The position numbers were made by a program, and so were the translations under genes. From positions 77,810,001-77,874,000 of the forward strand of contig OX597823.1 in NCBI GenBank assembly GCA_951406725.2: a stretch of 64,000 nucleotides of DNA, in the 5' to 3' direction. Each line of letters opens with the position of its first letter. Position 1 is the first letter of the stretch. The notes beneath the pieces are model-generated. The model was not told where the DNA came from, did no database searches, and saw nothing but the letters and a program-made list of their open reading frames with translations. This document shows positions 50,843 to 64,000 of the stretch, piece after piece. The DNA comes from Octopus vulgaris (lineage: Eukaryota).

Positions 50843-51214
50843 GGATATATGGCACCTAGTGTGTATGTATATATCCAGATCTATACCAATATATACAATG
50901 TTCTATTAAATAAATTATTTCTGAAGGAAATTAATTTGAACACCTCTACATTTTTGTTTTCATTCTGGCCAAGTTATTAGCAGTTCTATATCTTTTTTAT
51001 TGACTTATATCAGAATACTATGTTGCACACAGCACCCAGCATTGGTGGTATAAACATTACTATAAAATTATATAATTTCCTTTCTATTATTATATATAAA
51101 TAGATTTATTGAATATTCCCTCCATTTTTTCCATTTTTCACTCACATAGATTCCTTTCAAATGTATGAATATTAAAATATTATATTTGTTGGTGTCTTTT
51201 TTGTTATACCACAC

Positions 51215-51255
<41 letters not shown>

Positions 51256-52129
51256 GGGGAGACAGACAGATAGAGACAGCAACAGATAGGGTAGGTATAG
51301 TGCACATGGATTTTATGTATGTGTATGTATGTATTTATAATTTATATCTATATATAAATGTGTGTGTATGTATATATATATGTATATAGTGTACATATAA
51401 TATGTGTATATATGTATACTTTGATATATATCATGTATGCATGTATATGTATATACTACATACATATTTGTGCAAATATGTTTCTAAAAATGCATGTGTA
51501 TGTGTGAACATATACACACAATATATACATGTGTATATGCTTATACACATGCATAAATATATGATATAATATAAACACATACACATATATCGAATAAATA
51601 GTACAGTATACATTATAAAATATATATGTCTGTATATAATTAAATTTATGTAGAATCAGCTTTATTTTATCCACATACCTCAATTATTACAGCTAAAACC
51701 TATCTAGTGGTTTGAAATTATCTCATTATTTTATATAGTACATTCCATTCCTACAAAGATAATAAGCAACATGAAACTTATTAAATCCTATTGATTTTGC
51801 TTCTCTTCTCTATTTTTATATTTCGTCTCTCTCTTTCATGCATGCATGCATGCAGCTCTATATAATATGTGTATTTATAAAGGGGAAGAATTTGGCAAAA
51901 ATAGATATAGATAATAAAGTGAAGCTTGTTATTTAGGAGAACGTTATCTCTACACAGCAGGCTGGTTAAATTTAAACGACCATAGCACTATTTTACCAAT
52001 ATATTTTCAAATTGATCCACACGTGTGTGTGTGTGAGTATGTGGTTGCATGTGTGCATGTATACACACACATTTATAGACACAGACACACATACACACAC
52101 ACGTGTATATACACATGCACATACAAATA

Positions 52130-52218
52130 AATCCATATGTATATATGTATATATATATATTCGTATATACATACATATATATATATGCATATATATGTAT
52201 ATATATATGTATGTATAC

Positions 52219-52263
<45 letters not shown>

Positions 52264-52295
52264 CATATATATATGTATCAATATATTTATACATA

Positions 52296-52328
<33 letters not shown>

Positions 52329-52420
52329 GTATGTATCAATATATCTACACACATATACACATGCATATATGTATACACACATATATATATACATATACAT
52401 TCACATGTGTGTATATACAT

Positions 52421-52452
<32 letters not shown>

Positions 52453-52490
52453 GCACATATACATGCATGTGTGTGTGTGTGCATGTGTGT
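52130..52490. repeat. Degenerate (TA)n/(CA)n low-complexity tract
   Basis: Directly visible. Confidence 0.9.
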
Positions 52491-53207
52491 ACACATGTCC
52501 AATATTGTGGTATCCTAAAATCTTTGAAAATATCCACAGGAGCTATATATAAATTAAAGCATAGACATTCTGAAAATTTTTCCTGTTTATAAATAATGAA
52601 GTAACCTGCAGTGTTGGATATTGTAGAAACAGCACAAGCATCAAGATTCTCTATATTATAATTCTAAAATTGGTGAAAAGGTGGATGATGGAGTAGGCAG
52701 AACGGTAGAATACTAAACTAAATGTCTGGAAGCATGTGGTTAGGTCTCTCTTATAATCTGTCTTCAAACCCTGCTGAGCTTATCTTTGCTTTTACTCTTT
52801 ACGAGGTAAATAAAATAAATGCCAGCCAATTACTGGAGTTAATTAAATGATCTGTAAACATTCGCCTCCACCTCCACCCCTACTCCACTAATGTTTGAGG
52901 TCTTGTACCAAGGTTAGGAATAAATGTTAATGGAAGAGGATGCGTTCTCACTTTAATCATAAATTTTTCTTTGACTGAAATTCTGCTCTGTATGGTTTGA
53001 AAGTGACAAATCATTAAAGCAGTGAATATCTTTCAAAGATATTAGTAAATCACAATTTGCTTCTGTGACCAAAAGACTTAACTCTCAACAGAGTTTTTAA
53101 CATCAGATTATTATTTTTCAGACTATTAACTTTATCTTTATAGATAAAGCATCTTTTTTTTTTTTTTGTTTTTTGTTTTTTGAAACATTTACACTATTCC
53201 CAGATAT

Positions 53208-53447
53208 TCTTTTACTCTTTTACTTGTTTCAGTCATTTGACTGTGGCCAAGCTGGAACACCACCTTTATTCGAGAAAAAATTGACCCCCAGGACTTATTC
53301 TTTGTAAGCCTAGTACTTATTCTATCGGTCTCTCTTGTCGAACCGTTAAGTGATGGGGACGTAAACATACCAGCATCAGTTGTCAAGCAATGTTGGGGGG
53401 ACAAACATAGACACCCAAACACATACATATATATGTGTGTGTATATA

Positions 53448-53534
<87 letters not shown>

Positions 53535-53696
53535 GACGAGCTTCTTTCAGTTTCCGCTTACCAAATCTACTCACAAGGATTTGGTCTGTCTGAAGCAATA
53601 GTAAAAGACACTTGCCCAAGGTGCCATGCAGTGGGACTGAACCCAGAACCATGTGGTTCATAAGCAGGCTACTTGCCACACAGCCACTCCTGCACC
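53208..53696 (-). mobile_element. SINE family A (full length)
   Basis: Reverse complement of 56417-56835. Confidence 0.9.
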
Positions 53697-54054
53697 TATA
53701 TGTATATAATATCAGGCTGCAGTTGAAGTAGAAATTATCATTTCGAAACTGAAGATAGTAATCCCACCTAGGTTGTAGATTAAGCAAGGTACTTTGTAGA
53801 TAGTCATGATTAAGACACCTGATAGCTATCAAAGTGATTGATATATATTGATTGATACATGCTCTAGATGTTGATGATAAGGAGCCAGGTTTGTTAGAGC
53901 ATCAGAAGGAATGTTTTACAATATTTGTTTTAGATCTCAAATCCTTCCAAGTTCAGCTTTGCTGTTCATGGATTCAGCATTCAATAAATTCCTATTCAAG
54001 AACTAGTCATTTCTCTTTTCTCATTTATCACTTTATTTTTCTCACTTTGTGTGT

Positions 54055-54182
<128 letters not shown>

Positions 54183-54184
54183 CT

Positions 54185-54373
54185 CTGTAATACAAATATC
54201 TTGTTTTCATAAGTTTTGAATTAAAACCTTCCACCAAACCTTAGTCACAATTTATGCTCCTATCACCAGCTTAATGATAACTAAGTTATTTTACTAAATT
54301 CTTTGATATACTTAAAATTAATTGAAAGAAACACAGAGCAACCCAAAATAAAATGCAGTAACAAAAGGGTTAA
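54185..54373 (-). mobile_element. piggyBac-like MITE (partial)
   Basis: Ends GTAACAAAAGGGTTAA; reverse complement of the family copy at 54708. Confidence 0.65.
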
Positions 54374-54707
54374 AATGCCCAGGAGATGCCATATGTCACA
54401 TCTTCCCTGTGACTCTTTCAGGGGTAGGGAACTCAAGGAGAGAAGAAGAGTCTTAGCATAATTGTTACAAAATGTTTCTATCTGTATGTCTGTAAATAAA
54501 CTAATATCCTGAAAATTATAATTGAATTACATAAAGCTCATCTCAGACATTAACACATTTAATTAAACGTTGTACATAATTAATTATATGTAGGTAATGA
54601 GTGTGGCTTCATTTATCAGTTTAAGCTTGGAATACTGAATTGAATTTTTTATCATGGAATTACAATAGGTGCAGAAAGACTGGTGTGTTCGGTCATCAAT
54701 TTGCATG

Positions 54708-54935
54708 TTAATTCTTTTGTTACCATATTTCTGTTGAAATATGCTTTCTTGCTTCAGCTAATTTTGAAAAATAACAAAAAAATATAGTAAAATAATTTTT
54801 TTTATAATTAAGCCAATGTTTGGAGCATAAATTAATATGGAATTTTGATGGAAAATGTTAATCTAGATTGCTTTATAACGTAAAGTTTGGTTGAAAGAGC
54901 CATGAGCAGTCTCAGGTTGATATCAAAAGAATTAA
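54708..54935 (+). mobile_element. piggyBac-like MITE
   Basis: TTAATTCTTTTGTTAC and ATATCAAAAGAATTAA are TTAA-bounded inverted ends. Confidence 0.65.
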
Positions 54936-55142
54936 AACACTACACAACAGAAAATAGCAACACAAGGATTCTTCAGATGGATAGGTGATAGGAAGAGGAG
55001 ATAAACAAGAAATTAAAAAAATGTATTTCATCTTGTTAATTCTTTTCCTGTTCCTTATTTTGATATGCATGATGAAGCACAATCTGACTGATTTAGAATG
55101 TTTTAAACCTTGATGCTGCCTGTTTCTGCATTTCTTAATTTA

Positions 55143-55285
55143 AATCTCACAACATCAGGTTTGTATTTCATCCTTCGAATCTCACATCATCAGGTTTGTA
55201 TTTCATCCTTCGAATCTCACATAATCAGGTTTGTATTTCATCCTTCGAATCTCACATAATCAGGTTTGTATTTCATCCTTCGAAT
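55143..55285. repeat. 35-bp minisatellite, 4 copies
   Basis: AATCTCACATAATCAGGTTTGTATTTCATCCTTCG units start at 55143, 55178, 55213 and 55248 with no spacers. Confidence 0.95.
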
Positions 55286-56235
55286 GTGAAAAATATTTGT
55301 TTCGATAACACAGGGGAACAATTTTGAACATAATTCCTGATCAGTTTGCTTTTTTCACTTGATTTAGACTAAAACTGTTATACAGGTCTCAAAACTACAC
55401 TCAGTTTTCTTCTATCATGTCAAAGATTTTTTTTCTACATCTTACTATCTGAATAAGCACCATCATATTGTTCATCCGTAAGTAATTGAACTGCTCAGAT
55501 GCTTTCATTATTTTACTGATAATTATCAATGAAATAATGGATAATAATTCATTCTGTTTGAGACATTTGAGATTTTCCTTTCCTATAAAGAAATGGCCTT
55601 AATTTTCTATGTTTATTTGGTGAATTCTCATTTTGCATTGATGTTTCTTTTACTTGCTTCAGTCTTCAGACTATGGCCAGACTGGAGCATCACTTTCAAG
55701 GGTTTCACCAAACAAATTGGCTATAGTACTTATTTTAAAATCTGGTACCATTGTTCTCTTTGCCAAACTACTAAGTTGCAAGGACTTAAGCCCATATTGA
55801 TAGTCTAGTGATTGCAGGGGAAAAAACACACACATACACACAACACATGCTCACACACATAACAGAGTTATTAGTGAGGGATTATCAATCCAAGCTAAAT
55901 ACTCTCTGTTAGTACTCCAGGCTACAATATTGTTTAATTTAGTAAAGAACTCAATGAATTCTTGTAGCGAAGACCAAGGTTATAGTTCATCACCATTCTA
56001 TATTGTAAATATTGTGTTCCAGTTAGATTGGGCTTTTACACAGTCATATACAAGACAAGGCATAAAATAATGGTCATTAAATATTTTTGCTTATTGTAGT
56101 AAATTTGACTTACTGCTGTTTCTGGTAGCATTATAGGTTTGTTATTGATAGCTTTAAACGGCTGTAAGAGAAATATTTACTACAATAAAAAACAATATAT
56201 AATGATCATTATTTACGCCTTGCATTATCTCTCTA

Positions 56236-56281
<46 letters not shown>

Positions 56282-56293
56282 TTTACATAGACA

Positions 56294-56375
56294 CAGTAAT
56301 TCCTTGACTATCGTGGCTGTTAGGTTCCAAGATCTCCCATGATAGGTGAAAATCTGCAAAGTAGAAACCATACTG
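56294..56375. mobile_element. Possible Tigger/pogo-like MITE remnant
   Basis: CAGTA..TACTG-TA termini and a CAGTAATTCCTTGAC start resembling Tigger TIRs. Confidence 0.35.
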
Positions 56376-56416
56376 TACTATATATATATTTTATATATAT
56401 ATATATATATTATATA

Positions 56417-56578
56417 GGCGCAGGAGTGGCTGTGTGGTAAGTAGCTTGCTTACCAACCACATGGTTCCCGGTTCAGTCCCGCTGTGTGGCATCTTGGGCA
56501 TGTGTCCTCTGCTATAGCCTCGGGCCAACCAATGCCTTGTGAGTGGATTTGGTAGATGCAAACTGAAAGAAGCCTGTC

Positions 56579-56620
<42 letters not shown>

Positions 56621-56835
56621 ATATGTTTGTGTGTCTGTGTTTGTCTCTCTAGCATTGCTTGACAACCGATGCTGGTGTATTTACGTCCCCATCACTTAGC
56701 GGTTCGGCAAAAGAGACCAATAGAACAAGTACTGGGCTTACAAAGAATAAGTCCCGGTGTTGGTTTGCTCGACTAAAGGTGGTGCTCCAGCATGGCAGCA
56801 GTCAAATGACTGAAACAAGTAAAAGAGTAAAAGAG
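56417..56835 (+). mobile_element. SINE family A (full length, reference copy)
   Basis: GGCGCAGGAGTGGCTGTGTGG head, B-box, core, internal (TA)n, (GTAAAAGA)n tail; sits in (TA)n. Confidence 0.92.
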
Positions 56836-58321
56836 TATATATATATATATATATAATATTAAATTAGAGATAAAACCACTATTAGGCAAATCAAACAATG
56901 AAAAACTTAAGCCAATACATAAAATTAATTAATTTATATATATAAAATTCCCTCACAAAGTATTGCTTAGCCTGAGGCTATAGTACAAGAAGTTCAAGGT
57001 GGTGCAATGTGAGAGCCTTAACCACACAGTCATGCCTATTAAATTTTATTGAAAATGTACAACTCTTTAGGTATCTAAGTTGGGAAAATCTACATTTTGC
57101 TTAAGTAGGGCATTTTTACTCTTAAAGAATTTCTACATGTTTCATTTTATTTAACATTTTTAGAGCGAAAATCAGATATATCCATGCAAAATTTCTTACA
57201 TCTTTAACTGAGGAAAGCAGTTTTGAAACTAGTTTAAATGCTAAAGAGTTCATAGCATAACGATTGTGAAGAAATCTTGATTCATGTGATTATCTTGGTT
57301 CATGTGATTCTCAAATTGTGTGGTCTTAACTCTGTTACTGTACAAATCATAAATGTCCACTCAAAATTTCATCACCCTTGACTGAGGAAAGCGGTTTTAT
57401 ATAACAATCTAGTTTTTGTTGAGGAATTCCTGTTTTAAACTATATTTCATTGTGATTTATTGAATCTATTGAGGAAATGTGACTTGCAGGAAACACTTGT
57501 TCTACCTTTTGGAAGATATTTAACATAATTACTGAAATAACCATGAAATTTAATTTCACAGTTAAAGGGTTAAGGCTTACAATAGATACAAACATAAATC
57601 AATGAACTTGTTTTTTGCATTTATATTGTTACCTATTTTACTAGTGAGTGAAGCAGCTGAAAGTATTCTCTTGGTATTGGGGTTGAATTTTTTAAAAAAT
57701 AAATTAATAAATTTGGAGTGAAATATAATATAATTTGATATTAAATTTCACTATATCAAGCTTACCATGCAATATCATTATCAAAATGTTAAAACAAAAA
57801 AAATATAATCGGCTTTCATTGTTAAAAAAAAAAGACAAGACAACAAAAATTCAACTCAGACTTGTATCAAGCAAATGAAATGCCCTAGTAACTATTTCCA
57901 AATAATTTCAACTCAAATTTTATTAGTAATTTAAGAAATAAAATGGAAAAATAACCATATCCCATGAGATGTGTGCATGAATATTGGTATAAACATGTTA
58001 GCTTAACAATAGTACTTTTAATATTTAAATTGTCAACAACAACAATGCAGATAAAGGTGGTAACAGTAAGGATTGCAAATATACACTTAATGGAAGTTAC
58101 TTTTTACAGTCTGACTGTCTGTCTGTCTATTTGTTTGTCTGTCTGTCTGTCTCTGTCAATGACTCTCTCTCTCTCTCTCTCACCATCTTTTCCTCTCAGA
58201 CAAAATTTCGCAATAAAATTGTTTATTTGACTTCTTCCTGAACAAATTGTCACAGAGGATTAATAGCAGTTTATATTTTTCTCATCTAGCTTTAAACTTT
58301 GTTTTTTGCTTATTCTATTTC

Positions 58322-58324
<3 letters not shown>

Positions 58325-58365
<41 letters not shown>

Positions 58366-58382
58366 GTATATATATATGTATG

Positions 58383-58413
<31 letters not shown>

Positions 58414-58460
58414 GTATGTATATATATATATGTATGTATATATATATATATGTATGTATA

Positions 58461-58557
<97 letters not shown>

Positions 58558-58638
58558 GTATATATATATATGTATGTATATATATATATATGTATGTATA
58601 TATATATATATGTATGTATATATATATATATGTATGTA
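58325..58638. repeat. (TA)n/(TATG)n compound microsatellite
   Basis: Directly visible. Confidence 0.95.
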
Positions 58639-59036
58639 TTTACAATTTTGTAAAACTTTTCACCATTCAAGCCTCTGCAGAGTTTGGTTCATAAAGATTA
58701 ATTTATTGATTGATGTTAAGAAATCCAACCCACTGTGTCGTTCAATATTACTCACTCAGCAGTATTCATTTCAAAATGACTTGTAATGCCAAACTTAAAA
58801 CGTTGGTGCTCAAAAAATTACAGAAAACTAATGTCTGCATGAAAGATACATAATTGGGAAGCTGTTTAAATATACGCCTCCATATTGTCACATGCACACA
58901 CAAACACACACATAGTAACATAACATATTTACACTACCCAAGTCACTGAGTTCCCTTTTGCTGTGATCAGAAATTTGTACATAATCTCAATTATAAACAT
59001 GCTACTAATGATTGCATGTGTGTATATATAAATATA

Positions 59037-60206
59037 TCTCTTATTATAAAAGGCAGATTTTATCTGCCTCCCTTTGGGAGTTATACAAATCTACAATATA
59101 GGATTTCTTCAATTACAATTTACCTACCATTTTTAAGAGTAGAATGCATCGCGTCATGCCAGGTCCAGTTTTTAAAATTTAAACTCCAATTAAGCAAAAT
59201 TTACAGAAAACTCACATTCTGGTGTGTGTGTCAAATGCTTTTCTTAGTCTGGTTTACACCACACGCAAACGCCCACACACAGTGTGCAACGAATAAAATG
59301 AAAGTAAATAGCGACAGAGTGATTTGAGGAAGACTAAACTGAAAGTATTTAAACCACTACTCAAAAAATAAAAAAACACAGCAAACAGAAACAAATAAAT
59401 ACATAACCATTTACTCCTCACACAATTTCTTGAATTAGAATTTACCTAAGATTTTTCAGAGTACTTCAGTGGGTGATGCCATAAAAAATTTCTTTCAATT
59501 TTACCACCAATTAAGACAAAATTCGAGAAAACTCAATATTTTAACATATCACTCCGAAAGCATTGATGTACATGTATGCGTGCGTGAGTGTGTGTGTGTC
59601 ATTCCTCACACACACGCATACACATACATATACAACTACATACAACTACATACACATACAACTACATACAAACACGTGTGTGTTTGTTATTAGTAAAAAA
59701 GGCGCCAAAACTCAACTCACTTATCATTCCAACACATTTGCAAAGACACACGGACGGACAGAAAAGGTAAATTGGTTTTTATTTTACTCTGTATATATTT
59801 TATTATATAATATTATATATAGATATATGTATATATAATTGCAGTATGAAACAGTGTTTATGTATAAACAGACGACACTTATATATAGTTACCAAGCCGC
59901 CCGAATTTACCTATTCATATTTAAATGAGAATATCAGAGCAAATCTCTTTAGTACATTCGTGAAAACACGTATTATACTTCGTAAACACTTCAACTACAG
60001 TTTTGTACAAAAATCGAAGTGTAATTTTAATTCCGTGAATTATGGGAGATTTTTTTCCGAAATTTGTTCCTATTGTGTTTTCAAAATTTGTAATTCTGAC
60101 AAAAAATGGATACGAATTTCATTATATCAAGCAGCGAGTCAGAATTCGAAGGATTTTCTACTGAAGACCTTCATAAATCTAACTCTATGACTGAAAAAAA
60201 AAAGCA
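59037..60206 (+). mobile_element. Probable Helitron 5' portion fused to the downstream Helitron
   Basis: Starts A|TCTCTTTATTATAAAAG, is CpG-rich relative to its flanks, and has no 3' hairpin-CTAG of its own before 60207. Confidence 0.5.
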
Positions 60207-60603
60207 TCTTTATATAAGAGTGAAGTTGTGTGTCTGTCTCCTACGATTTAGATTCCTAACTACTCCCACATTTTGCGGTGCAGTTTAACCAAAAGCGGGT
60301 ATCTTATAGTCGTGATTCATATCGAGCCCTTCTGGGTATTAGCGTGCGTCTACGATGAGTCTACGATTTTTAAAAAAATTTACCATCATATTTTTCCATT
60401 TTAATGCATTTTTTTCGCTTTTATATAAGGGAAGTAACTCTCTAAAAATATCTACGATGTGTCAACGATTTAAAAAATAATTTACCATAATTTTTTTTCA
60501 ATTTTTAATGCATTTTTTTTGCTATTTTTTGGCTATAACTCTCTAAAAATGCTTATATATTTATTTCCCTTACAACCCAAGCAACGGCGGGCGATACTGC
60601 TAG
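60207..60603 (+). mobile_element. Non-autonomous Helitron
   Basis: A|TCTTTATATAAGAGTGAAGTTG start; ends ACCCAAGCAACGGCGGGCGATACTGCTAG|T; internal ~100-bp duplication. Confidence 0.85.
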
Positions 60604-60623
60604 TATATATATATTTACACACA

Positions 60624-60679
<56 letters not shown>

Positions 60680-60687
60680 TAGATAGA

Positions 60688-61135
60688 TCAAAGGCCCTGC
60701 AATGGAATTTCAACATCAACAACAGGGTATTTTTGTTTGTTTGTATGTATATATGTGCAGATTTGTATGTTTTATGTATGTACCCTCATGCATATAGTTA
60801 CATATCTATGCATGCTCATATATATTTAAATGATAAACTTCTGGCAAGATTTTTACAGCTCTAGTGATGGATTGGATCTCTAATCTTCGAATTAGCTTTC
60901 TCCTTTCTGGTTTTGAGAAGCCTGATTTCTCAAGATTGGCATTTAGGCAGTGTCTTACATATCCCAGGGCCCCAATAATTACAGGTATAAATATGAATTT
61001 GCAATCTGGATAGAGTAACTGCAGATTTCTGAATAGTTCAGCATAAGTGTTCTCTTTTTCACTGATCCTCAGCTTTACGTTAACATCTGCTGGGCAGCTA
61101 ATTTCCACAACTCTGCACAGCTTATCTTTCTCTAT
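60688..61135 (-). mobile_element. R4/Dong-like RLE non-LTR retrotransposon, 5'-truncated
   Basis: LCRVVEISCPADVNVKLRISEKENTYAEL..FIPVIIGALG..RRLEIQSITRAVKI is an RLE C-terminus; microsatellites on both sides. Confidence 0.85.
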
Positions 61136-61165
61136 ATATGTATGTATGTATGCATGCATGTATGT

Positions 61166-61276
<111 letters not shown>

Positions 61277-61609
61277 GTTAATTCCAGTTGGGTGATCAAA
61301 GTAATTCACAAAAATGAAATGTCAGAAATATCATATTTGGTTTATTGTTACTTACAACATGGTCAGATTTTTTAACTGTTGTTTCTATGAAGCAGATATA
61401 CTGGCAGTGTGTGTGTGTGGTTGGGAAGCAGACTTCTTACCATACAAGCATACCTTATTATATTTATGGTTGGTTATATCTCAAAATTCAGTGCAAGAAA
61501 TGTTAACCAGCTATATTGTTTAATATAAGTTATGCACTACCTTTATTTTATTCATCTTGTGAAAACCAGTTGAAGAATGCACCTAATATAATAAAGGTTC
61601 TTCCTGATT

Positions 61610-61838
61610 CATATAGACTCATAGGCCCAATTTCCCACTTCCCCTGGCATATATAGTCCTCCCTTGGACAGGATGCTGGACCATCACAGGATTACCTTGT
61701 TTTGGCAGCTGAGTGAACTGGAGCAACATGGAGGGATGTGTTTTGCTCAGGAACGTGTGTCATCCAGTCCAGGAATTGAAACCACAGTCTTACTATCATA
61801 TGTCCAACACCCCTAACAACTGAGCTACACACCTCCAC
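61610..61838 (-). mobile_element. SINE family C
   Basis: Homologous to 10822-11068. Confidence 0.75.
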
Positions 61839-61939
61839 AATGCACCTAATGGGTTTGTGTAAACAGAAATTGTCTTTTGTGGTTTGTTTGAAGATCCTAA
61901 TCCTAGAATTAGGGGCAAGAGAATCCAATACCCTTTCAC

Positions 61940-62159
61940 ATTTTTCTTTGTTTCCGTCATTAGACTGCAGCCATGCTGAGGCACTTCCTTAAAGGGTTTT
62001 AGTCAAGTGAACTGACTCCAGTACTTATTTAATCTTTCTTGTAACCCTTGTACTTATTCTTTTGCTGAACTGCTAAGTTATGGGATGTAAACAAACCAAC
62101 TCCAGTTCTCAAGCAGTGGTGGGGAAAATTGCAAACACAAAAGCACACACAGACACACT

Positions 62160-62209
<50 letters not shown>

Positions 62210-62282
62210 TATATATATTTACATGATGGGCTTCTTCCAGTTTCCATCTGCCAAATCTACTTACAAGGTTTTGGTTGGCCTG
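61940..62282 (-). mobile_element. SINE family A (5'-truncated)
   Basis: Reverse-complement match to the family A core and tail. Confidence 0.8.
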
Positions 62283-63242
62283 CTATTCATTTTTTTCAAG
62301 TGCTGCACTTAATGCACCCATCACTTAGTTCATGGTTAGCTTTATAGCAGCAAATGTTTTGTTACTTTGTAGTTTTTCAAGACATCATGGCTATCCATTG
62401 TCTAAAGCATTTTCTTTAAGTGACTTTTTTTTTGCCATATGAATCTTTTGTGACTAAATTTTCAATGGTGATTTGTCTCTTTTAAACAATTATTTTAAAA
62501 GGTGAATTGTTATAAACTTCTGAGATATTTTCAGTTACTCACATTGACATGTATAAAAGATTTTTCAAAACTGAAAGTTTATTAGCATGCATTTTTTTTT
62601 TAATGATGACTTTCAAAGTGAGATGACATTTACACTTGCCATTTCAACTCGCAGCTTTCTGCAAAGACAAATAAAACAAATGTCACGTGCAATTTGAATT
62701 GTACTAAGAATTCTTATGACTAATTAAACAGCAAGTTGTTTAAAGCAGCAAGCTGGCAGAACCATTAGCATGCTGGATTAAATGCTTAATAGCATTTTGT
62801 CCATCTCTATGTCATGAGTTCAAATCCCACCAAGGTTGATTTCGCTTTTCGTCCTTTTGGTGTTAATAATACGACTACCAGTTGAACACTAGGGTCAATA
62901 TAGCTGACTTAGCCAACTTCCTCATATTTGCTGACCTTGTCCCCCAAAATTTGAAACCAATTAGGTGAATGCTTAAAAAGCATTTATTTACTCTCTTTGT
63001 ATTTTCAATAATTCTACTGTTTTCCAACACCCATTTGTGTATGAATGATAAAACAACAAAACTTATGTGAGCTGGTTCAAACAACATAGATTAAAGCAGA
63101 AGGTTGGTACGACTGTTCACTGTCTTGGATATTTCGGTCTCGTAAAACAGTTAAATCAAATAAGCAAATACAATCATTCATCAACAGATGCTTGCATAGT
63201 ATACTTAAAATTAAATGGCCCGAACACATAAGCAATATTTAG

Positions 63243-63575
63243 CTATGGCAAAGAACAAATGAAGTTTCGATTAGGGAGCAAATATTTAGGAAAAAGTGGA
63301 AGTGGATTGGTAGCACAATTAGACAAGACACAACAAATGTAGCGAAAAGTGCTTTACAGGGGAATCCAGATGGATATAGAAAGAAAGGTAGACCTAAGAA
63401 CTCGTGGCGTAGATCAACACAAAAGGTACTAGAGAAAGGGGGACACTCATGGCAGAGTATAAGTACAGAGGCCAAAAATTATGCAACATGGAATTCAACT
63501 ATAAGCGGCCTTGGCTTCTGTACTTATACTCTGCCTCTGCATTGGAGGGTTAAAGGCATAAAGAAAGAAAGAAGA
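63243..63575 (+). mobile_element. RTE-clade LINE 3' fragment
   Basis: LWQRTNEVSIREQIFRKKWKWIGSTIRQ..KSALQGNPDGYRKKGRPKNSWRR, followed by an (AAGA)n tail. Confidence 0.88.
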
Positions 63576-64000
63576 AAACAATTTCAGTGGTACCAAGTCT
63601 AATTGCTTGAGCTTCTGAAAAGGAGTACTATGGCCATACTGGGGCATAGTACTCCCTTTGAAAATTTCAATGTATTGAATAGTTGAATTTTAGCTTTTTG
63701 ATGTAAACATACACACACATATTCACGCATATAAGCAACTAAAACAATTAGTAATATCTTATCCAATAGGCTTTTGCACAGTTTCAATCAACCAAATTTC
63801 ACATGTGGCTCTCTGGGCAAATGTCTTCAGTAATAGTCATGGCTGTAAGCCATGAACTCATGTTTTTGTTTTCTTCTTTAATCATTCGCACAAATGTGTG
63901 CTGTATTCTGGTGTTGTCAGTTTTCTGGTCAACAAATCATGTGCATACTTTGTGCTTTCAAACCCACAAAGAATAAGATGTGTTATGTATGTATGTATGT

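Noticed and set aside
55065-55135. C/D box snoRNA candidate (ATGATGA..CTGA..TGATG)
   Set aside because: The terminal D box reads CTGC and I see no recognisable rRNA guide sequence.
55143-55285. 35-bp repeats as a CRISPR array
   Set aside because: The units are directly adjacent with no unique spacers, there are no cas genes, and the context is eukaryotic; it is a minisatellite.

Overview
AT-rich, microsatellite-dense eukaryotic genomic DNA. The SINE repertoire (tRNA-derived heads, internal (TA)n/(TG)n tracts) points to a coleoid cephalopod, most likely Octopus (inference). I can support no intact host protein-coding gene; most listed ORFs are translations of simple repeats or SINEs. Contents: dozens of tRNA-derived SINE copies from about five families; 3' fragments of non-LTR retrotransposons (two RTE, two or three R4/Dong-like, one HERO-like, one CR1/L2-like); a mariner transposase C-terminus; non-autonomous Helitrons; TTAA/piggyBac-like and other MITEs; many fold-backs; and a CpG-retaining promoter-like zone at about 12.2-17.5 kb. 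The most interesting signal is a chimeric non-coding element with a tRNA-like head, an (AAT)n tract and a tail carrying a minimal Penelope-type hammerhead ribozyme. It occurs as two independent fold-back insertions bounded by 12-bp and 9-bp target-site duplications (37701-38245 and 49742-50028). Family names come from recalled motifs, not database searches.
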